A stretch of DNA of 64,000 nt from an uncultured Rickettsiales bacterium (GCA_964627795.1 CAZVLF010000002.1:24576-88575), one strand, 5' to 3'. Positions 27,064 to 36,792 are shown, counted from the first letter of the stretch. The notes: generated by a model not told the origin, from the letters alone. Translations and numbers: made by a program.

Positions 27064-28716
27064 ATGGAATATGTTATGAAAAGAAAAGGAAAGCTAATTA
27101 GACTGGAAATAGACCAAGATAATTCAGAGCTAGTTTATGAAGAATTATCTCCTTCTTCTGAGCAAATAATAAGAGAGCAAGAAAAAATAAATTTTGAAGT
27201 GGAACAAATAGATGGCTTTTTGAGAAGGGAAGAAGATTATCAAAAATTTGTTGATTTTTTAAATAAAGCGAAGCTAAAGAAAGAATCAATAAAAATTATT
27301 TTTGATAGAATTACAGAAGGTTTATATAATGAAGCTCCTTTGATAATAAATGATAAAAAGCAAGTTATATCAGTTGTTTCTAATAAATATATTGATGTAA
27401 TTGTAGGTAAAGTTAAATATAGAAAGTTTCATAAAGTTGGTAATAAGCAATATGGAACTACAGATGGTAGTTTAGTTAGGAAATCCAGCACAGTTAATGA
27501 AACTGAAGTAAAACATCTAAATACATGGCTTAATAAAAAATCAAGGCCAGAAGCTAGAAATATTGGAGAAGAAATTTGCGAATATATTGGAACTAATTTT
27601 ATTAATTATTATATGGGAGAAAATTCCCCTAAAATGAGGCTAATTGTTGACGAAGATGGAACAGTTTCTTTAGCTTCAAAATTTATTAGAAATTTTAAAA
27701 CATTTGGAGAGCTAGATAATATATTTAAGCAACATATTGAAAAAGAACAAAGAATAAATCCAGATTATATTAAAGGGCAGTCTGAGTTTTACTTTGCCAA
27801 TATCATATTGGCAGATTATGACAATAGTAACCCGCATAATTATGGTTTTAGAATTAATAATAATGGCGAGCTGTATCTAGCTAGGATAGATCTAGGTAAG
27901 GCTTTTTCTTATAAAAGAGCAGGAAAGAAAACAGATGAAGAGCATTTTAGAGAGTTTTTAGAAAGGGAAGAATTTATAAAAGAAAAGCAGAAAGAAGAAA
28001 AAGAAATTAATTTAGAAGCTGTGAAATCCAATGTTTTTAGATCTAGGCATATAAAAATAGAGCGACTTTTTTCTAGTTTAAACTTTAATTTAAACCTCTA
28101 TAAATTATGCCAACTAGAAAATAAAAAGATTGCAGAAAAAATAATTATCTCTTGCTTTAATAATATCTTTCAAGCTTATGGGTACGAGGTGTTAAATAAT
28201 ACTCAAGTTAGGGAAGAACTATATTTAAGAATGAATATCCCTCAGGAAGGCGAATTAACGCCAAAAGTTCTAAGTGAACATGTTTCTACTTATATTGAGA
28301 ATTTAACTAAGCAAATAGAAAAAGAGTCAATTAAGCAGTGTGCTCAAATTCTAATTAAAGAAGATGTAGATAGTAGAAGTGATATTGAAGAATTTTTCTT
28401 CACTTTAGAAAAATCTGAAAGAATTATTTTTAAAGAGTTTAAAGAAAAGCTTATGCAAGAAATTGATAATCTACAGCAGCATCCATTAAAAAAAGAATTT
28501 AACTCACCTAAAACAAGTGATGAATTTTTATTTAAAGAAGAGGAAAACTCTTTAAAAATTTTACAAAACAAAAGAAATTCAGGTTTTTTAGGAGATTCAT
28601 CTTCTAGTGTTTCTATTAAAAAAGGTAGAGCTTCTGAAGATAAGGAAAAAAGTTTTGTTGAACAAGTAAGAGAAGAAAAAGAAAACATACATAGTAATAG
28701 GATTACAACAAGGTAA
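27064..28716 (+). CDS. Hypothetical 550-aa protein with an atypical kinase-like core
   Basis: Catalytic-loop-like LADYDNSNPHNYGF at 27811-27849 and DFG-like ARIDLGKAF at 27883-27906. The hinge-like LASKFIRNF is shared with the ORF at 34091. The C-terminal half is Lys/Glu-rich. Confidence 0.6.
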   Translation: MEYVMKRKGKLIRLEIDQDNSELVYEELSPSSEQIIREQEKINFEVEQIDGFLRREEDYQKFVDFLNKAKLKKESIKIIFDRITEGLYNEAPLIINDKKQVISVVSNKYIDVIVGKVKYRKFHKVGNKQYGTTDGSLVRKSSTVNETEVKHLNTWLNKKSRPEARNIGEEICEYIGTNFINYYMGENSPKMRLIVDEDGTVSLASKFIRNFKTFGELDNIFKQHIEKEQRINPDYIKGQSEFYFANIILADYDNSNPHNYGFRINNNGELYLARIDLGKAFSYKRAGKKTDEEHFREFLEREEFIKEKQKEEKEINLEAVKSNVFRSRHIKIERLFSSLNFNLNLYKLCQLENKKIAEKIIISCFNNIFQAYGYEVLNNTQVREELYLRMNIPQEGELTPKVLSEHVSTYIENLTKQIEKESIKQCAQILIKEDVDSRSDIEEFFFTLEKSERIIFKEFKEKLMQEIDNLQQHPLKKEFNSPKTSDEFLFKEEENSLKILQNKRNSGFLGDSSSSVSIKKGRASEDKEKSFVEQVREEKENIHSNRITTR

Positions 28717-28842
28717 TAAAATTTTAAGTAGAAAAACTTTTAATTTTAAATTGCTGTTTTATATATAGTGCAGAAATAAATTGAAAAAAAAACTTTTATA
28801 TAATAGCTTAAAGGTTATTTTAGTACGAACTGGAATTTTATA

Positions 28843-30090
28843 ATGCGACTTCGTCATTTTTTTCTTATTTCCTGCCTTATTTTTTTAACATTATCTATTT
28901 ACTTAGGAAATATAGGGAAGCGTTTTTCATATTATAAAGATATTTTGTTTTTAAGTTATCTTGAAGTAGGAAAAAAGATGAATAGTCGTAAATATCCTAA
29001 ATACAGCTTTGAGGATTATCTTAGTACACAAAAATATTTAAATAGCTTGGGGGTTATAGAAGCTGTAGAGATTGATTATAAAGATGCAATTGAAAATAAT
29101 TCTAAGCTTTCTAATGCAATCGGATTGTTAACTATCTATATTAAGTCTCAGAGAGATTTAATTAATCGTTTTCCAAGAGGCCTGCTTAACATACATAACC
29201 TTGTAGAGGATCTTAAAACTCATGAGGTTTCCGTTCCACATGGCAAATTTAATAATAACTATATTAATGATGAAGGTCTTTTAATTTTTGGTGAGGATAT
29301 TGAAATAGCATCATTGATTTACAATTATAAAGAATTACTTAACCAAGAACAATTAAAGGAAAAGCATAATTTTGCTAGAGGTTTTTCTAAAGTTCTTAAA
29401 GAGCATTGGATTAGGCTTAGAGATTCAGGTGGATATGGTAAAGATGGTTTATCTCATGGAAAAAGAAATTATAGTAAAAATACATTACTTTCATTTTCAC
29501 AAATTGATATTAATATGCCAGGTCACCAAAATATATGTCCTAATCGTTTAATATATGATGCTTTAGTTAGAGCATGCTTTATTGGTTTAGATGATAGAAT
29601 TACTCCATATGAGGCTTATATGCTTGGAGAAAGTCAGAGCTATATTACTAATGCTGATCTGGATATGGCATCAGTTTCGGGAGTATTTGCAGAAGTTTTT
29701 AATTATTTATTTAATCATCCAAAAACTTCTAAAAAAGAATTTATAGATTATTTGATGAAAATTTCTGATTTACATCTTTCCAAACAATCTCTTGGTTTAG
29801 AAGCATTATATTTAGGTATAAATTTAAAAAGTTTTGGAGTTAATCCAATAATGGTATATAATTCTATAGCTGGTTTTTCCTATCATGAACTTATAACTTT
29901 AGTAGTTTATAGTGTCCTATATTTTGAAGATTTTGCTAGTGCCTTACCCGTTATAATTCATACTACTGGTAATAATGATACGGTTGCAATGCTAGTAGGT
30001 ATAATATTTGCATTAATTGATGGTAAATCAGTTTCTCCAGAGCTCATGAAATATTTAGAGGCAAAAGACTTAAAAATCATTAGAAGGTAG
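28843..30090 (+). CDS. Hypothetical 415-aa protein (possible degenerate ADP-ribosylglycohydrolase-like C-terminus)
   Basis: Long ORF with an N-terminal hydrophobic segment. The C-terminal TGNNDTVAMLVGIIFALIDG weakly resembles the GGDTDT.AAIAGAL metal-binding motif of ARH/DraG enzymes. Confidence 0.55.
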   Translation: MRLRHFFLISCLIFLTLSIYLGNIGKRFSYYKDILFLSYLEVGKKMNSRKYPKYSFEDYLSTQKYLNSLGVIEAVEIDYKDAIENNSKLSNAIGLLTIYIKSQRDLINRFPRGLLNIHNLVEDLKTHEVSVPHGKFNNNYINDEGLLIFGEDIEIASLIYNYKELLNQEQLKEKHNFARGFSKVLKEHWIRLRDSGGYGKDGLSHGKRNYSKNTLLSFSQIDINMPGHQNICPNRLIYDALVRACFIGLDDRITPYEAYMLGESQSYITNADLDMASVSGVFAEVFNYLFNHPKTSKKEFIDYLMKISDLHLSKQSLGLEALYLGINLKSFGVNPIMVYNSIAGFSYHELITLVVYSVLYFEDFASALPVIIHTTGNNDTVAMLVGIIFALIDGKSVSPELMKYLEAKDLKIIRR

Positions 30091-30170
30091 TATGCTAGTG
30101 TGATTGTTGGTTGCCAAATAAAACAACATGTTTTAGACTCGATTTTATTTTAATAATCATAAAGGGAATT

Positions 30171-31574
30171 ATGTGCGCTTATTTAGGTGAATTTTCAATA
30201 TTGTTACCTGAACTATTTTTAGCTGGGTTTACAAGTATTTTACTTGTTTTAGCAACTATATTTAAAAATATTGGTTTTAGAGCTACTAATATCCTTACAA
30301 TTTTATCGCTTGTTTTTGCAATTGTAATTTTAATAACTAAGGTTCCAAATGAAAGTTTATTAGGATTTAAAAACTTATTTAGGACAAATAATTTAATTTT
30401 TTCTCTAAAATTAATTTTACTTAGCTTTACCACAATATTTATGTTAATTCACCTGGGTCAGAAATATGAGAGTAAATCTCAGCTGAAATTATTTGAATAT
30501 CCGATTTTAGTTTTGTTTTCTTTGGTTGGAATGATGCTAATGATATCATCTAACAATTTTATAACTTTTTATGTTTCTTTAGAATTACAAAGCCTTTCTC
30601 TATATGTAATGGCGGCGTTTGAAAGAGAGCATTCTAAGCCTTCAGAATCAGGATTAAAATATTTTGTTTTAGGCTCTTTTGCTTCAGGTTTAATGCTATT
30701 TGGTATATCTTACATATATGGATTTACGGGTAACACTGATTTTATATATTTAAAAGAATTGCTAATGAATAATACAAGTAATCAATTAGGTTTAGGCCTT
30801 ATGGTTGGCGTTTTAATTGTAATAATTTCTTTGTTTTTTAAAGTTTCTGCAGTTCCATTTCACATGTGGTCACCTGATGTTTATCAGGGCGCGCCAACTA
30901 TATCAACCTGTTATTTTGCAAATATTGCTAAAATTGGATCAGTAGGTTTTTTACTATTATTTCTAACTGATATTCTTTCAGGTTGGAAAAATGATTTAAA
31001 GCCAATAATGCATTTTGTTACTTTCCTAACTCTATTAATAGGAGCTATTGGAGCATTAAAGCAAACAAATATTAAGAGGTTGCTAGCATATAGTTCAATT
31101 GGTCATGTTGGATTTATGCTAATGGGTATAGAAAGTTTTACATTAAACTCAAGCGTCATTTCATATCTTACAATTTACGTAACAATGAATCTTGCATTAT
31201 TTGCACTTATAATGAATTTAAAGAAAGATGGAAAAGAAATAGAAGAAATTTCAGATTTTTCTGGTTTGGCTCAAACTTACCCTATGGTTGGTTTAGCTAT
31301 TTCGATATTGATGTTTTCGCTTGCGGGAATTCCTCCTTTTGCTGGTTTTTTTGCTAAGTTTTATGTTTTTCAAAATGCAATTAGCGATAAAAGCTATTTT
31401 ATAGTGATAAGTGCTTTATTTTCAGCAGTTATTTCTGCTTATTACTACCTAAAAATAGTTAAATTTATGTTTTTTGATCAAGCAAAAACACAGCTTGATT
31501 ATAATGTCAACCTCCTTACTAGGTTAATAATTTCCTTACTTGTATTGTTTAATTTATTCTATATACTAATCTAG
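30171..31574 (+). CDS. nuoN: NADH-quinone oxidoreductase subunit N
   Basis: The ORF opens at TTG 30111, but I prefer ATG 30171, which is preceded by AAAGGGA. It is polytopic, with FHMWSPDVYQGAPT and LLAYSSIGHVGFML motifs typical of NuoN/ND2. Confidence 0.88.
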   Translation: MCAYLGEFSILLPELFLAGFTSILLVLATIFKNIGFRATNILTILSLVFAIVILITKVPNESLLGFKNLFRTNNLIFSLKLILLSFTTIFMLIHLGQKYESKSQLKLFEYPILVLFSLVGMMLMISSNNFITFYVSLELQSLSLYVMAAFEREHSKPSESGLKYFVLGSFASGLMLFGISYIYGFTGNTDFIYLKELLMNNTSNQLGLGLMVGVLIVIISLFFKVSAVPFHMWSPDVYQGAPTISTCYFANIAKIGSVGFLLLFLTDILSGWKNDLKPIMHFVTFLTLLIGAIGALKQTNIKRLLAYSSIGHVGFMLMGIESFTLNSSVISYLTIYVTMNLALFALIMNLKKDGKEIEEISDFSGLAQTYPMVGLAISILMFSLAGIPPFAGFFAKFYVFQNAISDKSYFIVISALFSAVISAYYYLKIVKFMFFDQAKTQLDYNVNLLTRLIISLLVLFNLFYILI

Positions 31575-31644
31575 AATTTTAAGGTTTTAACTTTTGGTAT
31601 AAATTGAAAGTTCTATACCAATAACACTAGTGATTTTTTTAAAA

Positions 31645-33318
31645 ATGAGTTTTGATATCAAAAAACATAAAAATGATTTTATTTTCATCCCTCTTGGTGG
31701 AGCAGGTGAAATAGGTATGAACGTTAATTTATACCATTACCAAGGTAAATGGATGATTGCTGACTTAGGAGCTGGCTTTGCAGATGATTATTATCCTGGT
31801 GTAGATCTTCTTGTTGCTGAAATTAATTACATTAAAAAATATAAAGATAATCTTCTTGGTATAGTATTAACTCATGCACATGAAGATCATCTTGGAGCAG
31901 TTCAGTATCTTTGGGGAGAATTACGTTGCCCTATTTATGCTACTAAGTTTACTGCTCACTTCTTAAGGTCTAAGCTCAAAGAATATGGAATAGCCAAAGA
32001 TGTTAAAATTATTGAAATAAAAGAAAATAGTGAAATAGAAGTAGGTCCTTTTATCGTTCAAACAGTTCCTTTAACTCACTCTGCTCCTGAAATGCAAGCT
32101 TTGTTAATTAAGACTGAACTTGGGAATGTATTTCATACAGGGGATTGGAAATTTGATCCCAATCCATTAGTTGGTCCTAATAACGATTTTGAAAATTTAA
32201 AGAAAATTGGTGATGAAGGTGTTTTAGCTTTGGTGGGTGACTCTACCAACGTTTTCAATGATACCCATTCAGGCTCAGAAGGGGAATTAAGAAAAAGTTT
32301 GATTGAGTTAGTGGGTACTTGCAAGAAAATGGTAGTGGTTACTACTTTTGCTTCTAATGTAGCAAGAATAGAAACAATCATTCGTGCTGCAGAAGCTGCT
32401 GGACGAAAAATTGTTATGGCTGGAAGAAGCTTATGGAGAATATTAGAGTCAGCTAAAGCTGCTGGCTATTTGTTAGATACACCTCCTATTTACCCACCTG
32501 AAGAGGTAGGAAAAATAAAAAGAGAAAAACTCTTAGTAATTTCTACAGGATGCCAGGGTGAACCTATGGCAGCTACTACGAAAATGGCTAATAAAAGCCA
32601 TCCAAATATTACTTTGGCACCTGGTGATACAGTGATTTTTTCATCAAAAATTATACCTGGAAATGAAAAAAAGATTTTTAGATTGCTAAATTTATTAGTT
32701 AGCCAAGAAGTGGAGGTTTTAACTGAAAAAGACCATTTTGTACATGTTTCAGGACATCCTTCACAACAAGAGCTAAAGAAAATGTATGAGCTTTTAAGAC
32801 CTGAAGTTGCTATTCCTGTGCATGGTGAATTAATGCATATGCATGAACATGCAATGTTAGCAAAAAAGTGGGGAATTAAGCATGCAGTACAGGTTGCTAA
32901 TGGAGATGTGGTTAAATTAGCGCCAGGACATACGGAAACTATTGCTAAAGTTGAATCAGGTTATTTAGGTATTGATGGGCATTTCTTATTACCTAGAAAT
33001 TCAAATATCTTAAAAATGAGAAGGCGTCTTAAAGAGGCAGGCATATTATTTATTGTGCTTTTACTTAACCACCGTAATAAATTAGCTATGCCACCAGTTA
33101 TTAAAGCACCAGGAGTTTTAGATAGCGAAGAAGATAAGGTGATTTTTACTTTAATGGCAAAAGAAGTAAATAAGGCTTTAGAAGAGCTTATCGATGTTAG
33201 CTTTAATAACCAGAGAAGAGATATAATTGAAAATTCTGTTAGATCAGCTTTAAGAAGAGTGCTAAAGCAAGAAGTTGGAAAATCTCCTGTAATTGATGTG
33301 GAATTAATTTATACTTAA
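31645..33318 (+). CDS. rnj: Ribonuclease J (metallo-beta-lactamase/beta-CASP)
   Basis: I prefer ATG 31645 (MSFDIKKHK...). The motif HAHEDHLGA (HxHxDH) is present, and beta-CASP and C-terminal domains are collinear with RNase J. Confidence 0.88.
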   Translation: MSFDIKKHKNDFIFIPLGGAGEIGMNVNLYHYQGKWMIADLGAGFADDYYPGVDLLVAEINYIKKYKDNLLGIVLTHAHEDHLGAVQYLWGELRCPIYATKFTAHFLRSKLKEYGIAKDVKIIEIKENSEIEVGPFIVQTVPLTHSAPEMQALLIKTELGNVFHTGDWKFDPNPLVGPNNDFENLKKIGDEGVLALVGDSTNVFNDTHSGSEGELRKSLIELVGTCKKMVVVTTFASNVARIETIIRAAEAAGRKIVMAGRSLWRILESAKAAGYLLDTPPIYPPEEVGKIKREKLLVISTGCQGEPMAATTKMANKSHPNITLAPGDTVIFSSKIIPGNEKKIFRLLNLLVSQEVEVLTEKDHFVHVSGHPSQQELKKMYELLRPEVAIPVHGELMHMHEHAMLAKKWGIKHAVQVANGDVVKLAPGHTETIAKVESGYLGIDGHFLLPRNSNILKMRRRLKEAGILFIVLLLNHRNKLAMPPVIKAPGVLDSEEDKVIFTLMAKEVNKALEELIDVSFNNQRRDIIENSVRSALRRVLKQEVGKSPVIDVELIYT

Positions 33319-33322
33319 ATCA

Positions 33323-33949
33323 ATGGAAAATCCATTTAAGCATTATCGTGAATCAATTATCATAAAAGACAATTTGAAGTGCAAACATATAATTGCAGGA
33401 GAGGGGTCTTATTATGCTGGGTATTATCATGGTAAGCCATTTGAGGAATGTGTTCTTTATTTGGATGAAATTGATAATAAATTTAAAGATGAAGATATCG
33501 ATCGTTTGATTATTGGAAAATATTGCTCAATTGCAACCGGAGTCCAATTTATGATGTGCGGCACTCAAGGGCATAATTATAATTGGATTGCAGTGCACCC
33601 ACTAGATATAAATGGAAGCTTACCAGGGCATCGTTGGAAGGGTGACACAGTAGTTGGAAATGACGTGTGGTTAGGCGCTGAAAGCCTTATTATGCCAGGA
33701 ATTAAAATTGCTGACGGCTCGGTTATTGCAGCAAGAGCAGTGGTTACCAAGAATATAGGTCCATATGAGATATGGGGTGGAAACCCAGCTCGTTTGATAA
33801 AGAAAAGATTTAATGACGATCAGATTGAAAAGCTTCTTAAAATAAAATGGTGGAATTGGGACAAAGAAACCATAAAAAGAAATGTTCAATATCTTCGTTC
33901 TTCAGATGTTGATGCTTTGTGGGATTTATATATCAATAATAACCTATAG
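33323..33949 (+). CDS. Xenobiotic acetyltransferase, Vat (streptogramin A acetyltransferase)-like
   Basis: 208 aa. YYAGYYHGKPFEEC, IIGKYCSIATGVQFMMCGTQGHNYNWI, GDTVVGNDVWLGAESLIMPGIKIADGSVIAARAVVTK, GGNPARLIKKRF and KWWNW are collinear with Vat/XAT hexapeptide acetyltransferases. Confidence 0.82.
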   Translation: MENPFKHYRESIIIKDNLKCKHIIAGEGSYYAGYYHGKPFEECVLYLDEIDNKFKDEDIDRLIIGKYCSIATGVQFMMCGTQGHNYNWIAVHPLDINGSLPGHRWKGDTVVGNDVWLGAESLIMPGIKIADGSVIAARAVVTKNIGPYEIWGGNPARLIKKRFNDDQIEKLLKIKWWNWDKETIKRNVQYLRSSDVDALWDLYINNNL

Positions 33950-34090
33950 TTACTTTAAGAATTTTACATTCTCCTGATTTCTTGGTTAAACTATACAAGT
34001 TATATATTATTAATGAAGCTCCATTAACAATAATTAACAAAACTATCTCATAAAATTAAAAAATTCATTATAATTAAATGTTCAGCTTGA

Positions 34091-34981
34091 AGTAAATTTC
34101 TAAATAATAAATTAGGGTTTGTTACTATATCAGACAACTTAAATTATCAAGTATTTTCAGCGTTAATAAGTAAATGTGAAACTTTAAGTGAAGTTAATAT
34201 AGAAAAAAGGCAAGAAGAGTTTGAGTTATTAGAAGAAAAAATTGGTGGCCACTTAGAAGGAGGGATCTATATCAAAAAATCTTCTCAAGAAAAATATCTA
34301 ATCAAAAAGGTTGAAAACATAGAAGAAGCTCAGAATGAAATACTTAGTGCAAAATTATATAAGCTTGCTGGTGTTAAAGTACCAGAATTAGAATTAATAT
34401 ATTTTAATGGAAGTCCTGCAATTGCTTCTAAATTTATAGAAAATTATTTAGATATTTCTCATTATAGAAATTTTCTAAGCATATTAAATGAGCTTTATGA
34501 AAATTACGTTATTGACGCATGGCTAGCAAATTGGGATGTGGTAGGGTTAGTTTACGATAACATAGGAGTAGTAGGAAAAGATGGAATTAGAATTGATGTT
34601 GGAGGAGCTTTACTTTACCGTGGGATGGGTACTCTTAAAGATGAAATGTTTACGAGCAATGTTAATGAAGTTTGCAATTTACTAAATCCCCAAATAAATA
34701 GGCCAGCAGCAGAAATTTTTAGAAATTCTACGGTAAAAGATTTCTTAGTTGGTATAGAGAAAATTAAGCAGATAAAATATGAGGACCTTGCAAACTTAGT
34801 AGTTCATTATGCTCCAGGAAATTGTGAACAAAAGGTCAACTTGGTCAATTTACTATTAGAAAGAAAAGAAGATTTAATTAACCAAGCAGATATTGCTCAA
34901 ACTGTAGATGAAAAAGAATATGTTAGAGCTAAATTATGTGGTTTAAGTGACCCTGAGTATCATTATAGTGAAGAGCTTTAA
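34091..34981 (+). pseudogene. Atypical kinase-like ORF lacking a canonical start (N-terminally truncated gene or non-canonical initiation)
   Basis: The frame is open from the TGA at 34088-34090 to the stop at 34979-34981 (296 codons). I read no in-frame ATG, GTG or TTG before GTG 34538. The upstream part encodes the Gly-loop/Lys (IGGHLEGGIYIKK...YLIKK). The downstream part encodes DAWLANWDVVG...DN and IRIDVGG. Confidence 0.5.
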
Positions 34982-35016
34982 TTTATAACAAAATTAAATA
35001 TAAATGATTTGCTAAA

Positions 35017-35043
35017 AGAAATTTCTAACTTTCAGAAATTTTT
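35017..35043. terminator. AT-rich hairpin between convergent genes
   Basis: AGAAATTTCT (35017-35026) pairs with AGAAATTTTT (35034-35043) across a 7-nt loop, with one G-U pair, and is followed by T-rich sequence. It is a weak, AT-only stem. Confidence 0.3.
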
Positions 35044-35050
35044 TAGTTTT

Positions 35051-35977
35051 TTACATAGACAACCAAATAAATATTTCTGAAATAGGATAAATAATTTCTT
35101 TAGGAACAAAATTTAGAGGGATAATATTAATATTATTTATGGATTTAATATCAGATAAATAATCTAATTCTTGTACTTTTAAATTTGGGATAAATGAAAA
35201 GTTTGAATAAATCATTTTTTGATCATTATAAAGTTGAGAAAAAGCCACTTCATTATATTGAATGTTAGGTAAGTAATAAACATTTATGGTGTCTTTATTT
35301 TCTTCACATTCTTTCGTTTGATTAAATACAATAGATTCTCTAGTAACTTCAGGTAATATTTGTCTTCCTGTGAAAATAAATCTAGGATCGGGATAAATTA
35401 TGTCTTCTTCATCTTCCTCTATATCATTTTCCGTATAGAAAATTCCTGAAATTTCGTCACTTGCCCAAAGTATGTCTTCATCATCATTTTTGGTTTCTTC
35501 TTGATTTACCTCGGTTTCTTTAACTTCAATTTTATCTGTTTCTTGATTTATTTCCTCCTCATCATAAAACTCTTCATTATGAGAATTGATATATGTTATA
35601 AAATCAAGTACTCTTTCAATTTCAAAAGGACTATTTTCATTTACTCTATAACGCATGTTTTTTTTGTTATAACTAATATATATAGAATGGGAGAAATTTA
35701 AAGCATCCCAAATATCTCCTATAGATATGTAAGCTATCACTCCAAGTAGTGAAGGAATTCTATAAAAACGACTTTCATCTAGATAACATTTTTTTAGGTA
35801 ATTTATCCACAAATTTGCTTCTAATTCATATTTAAGAAAAGATAATGAATCAATATGATTAGCGAAGTTTTCAAGGGTTACTTCAAATGGATCTCCTTTA
35901 GAAGGTATCGCACTTATAATTAAACCATATGGGTTTTCTATTTGCTTTATCTTTAATGCCAGCTCCTGTGGTGTCAT
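35051..35977 (-). CDS. Hypothetical 308-aa protein with a strongly acidic central region
   Basis: ORF with an ATG start. The central EEFYDEEEINQETDKIEVKETEVNQEETKNDDEDILW...EDEEDIIYPDP tract is strongly acidic. No recognised domain. Confidence 0.55.
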   Translation of the reverse strand: MTPQELALKIKQIENPYGLIISAIPSKGDPFEVTLENFANHIDSLSFLKYELEANLWINYLKKCYLDESRFYRIPSLLGVIAYISIGDIWDALNFSHSIYISYNKKNMRYRVNENSPFEIERVLDFITYINSHNEEFYDEEEINQETDKIEVKETEVNQEETKNDDEDILWASDEISGIFYTENDIEEDEEDIIYPDPRFIFTGRQILPEVTRESIVFNQTKECEENKDTINVYYLPNIQYNEVAFSQLYNDQKMIYSNFSFIPNLKVQELDYLSDIKSINNINIIPLNFVPKEIIYPISEIFIWLSM

Positions 35978-36174
35978 AATCTAATTCCTATATTGTAGTT
36001 TTTTACATAAATTTATGCTTTAAAACTATTTAAGCATAATAATCTTAAAAAACTATGAAACCAAAATATTAAAATGAGATAAATGCTTTATAGATTATTG
36101 TAGAAAGGAATTTATAGATACGAATTATGCTGATAATTTAGATGCTTACGAATATATAATGAATTTTTCTATGA

Positions 36175-36205
36175 AAAAGGAACTTAAAAATTTTAAGTTC
36201 CTTTT
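36175..36205 (-). terminator. Rho-independent terminator downstream of frr
   Basis: Near-perfect palindrome AAAAGGAACTTAAAA/TTTTAAGTTCCTTTT lies 15 nt after the frr stop. The GGAACTT/AAGTTCC core is followed by a T-run in both orientations. Confidence 0.55.
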
Positions 36206-36219
36206 AAATATTGTAAACA

Positions 36220-36780
36220 CTAGATTTGTTTTATTTCTTTTTCTTTTGCTACAACTTTGTCATCAATCATTTTAACAAAGCTATCAGTTGTTTTTTGGGT
36301 TTTTTCAGTAAGTTTTTTAAGGTCATCTTCAGATATTTCTTTAGATTTCTCCATTTTCTTTAAAGCTTCTATACAATCGCGACGAAGATTTCTAATTGCA
36401 ACTTTAGCTCCTTCACCATATTTAGCAGCCATTTTTGCAAACTCATTTCTTCTTTCTTCGGTTAAGCTTGGCAAAGTTAGACGTAAATTTTGCCCTTCGG
36501 TAACAGGAGTTACACCTAAATTAGCATTAGAAATAGCTTTCTCTATAGGTTTAACCGCTTCTTTATCCCAAACTTGAATAGTTAATGTTCTAGAGTCAAT
36601 TGAACTAACCGTACCTAGTTGACTGATTGGCATTTTGCTTCCATAAACTTCTGCTATAATAGGCTCTAGTAACTGAGTAGAAGCTCTTCCGGTTCTTATT
36701 CCACCTAATTCATGATCTAATGTGGCTATGGTTTTTTGCATTCTAGTATCTAAATCTTTTAAAATATTGTCACTCGACAT
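36220..36780 (-). CDS. frr: Ribosome recycling factor
   Basis: 186 aa. The ...LDHELGGIRTGRAS...LLEPI...YG...P..QLG and LPSLTEERR segments are typical of Frr. It follows pyrH, as in most bacteria. Confidence 0.93.
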   Translation of the reverse strand: MSSDNILKDLDTRMQKTIATLDHELGGIRTGRASTQLLEPIIAEVYGSKMPISQLGTVSSIDSRTLTIQVWDKEAVKPIEKAISNANLGVTPVTEGQNLRLTLPSLTEERRNEFAKMAAKYGEGAKVAIRNLRRDCIEALKKMEKSKEISEDDLKKLTEKTQKTTDSFVKMIDDKVVAKEKEIKQI

Positions 36781-36792
36781 AAAATTATTCTC

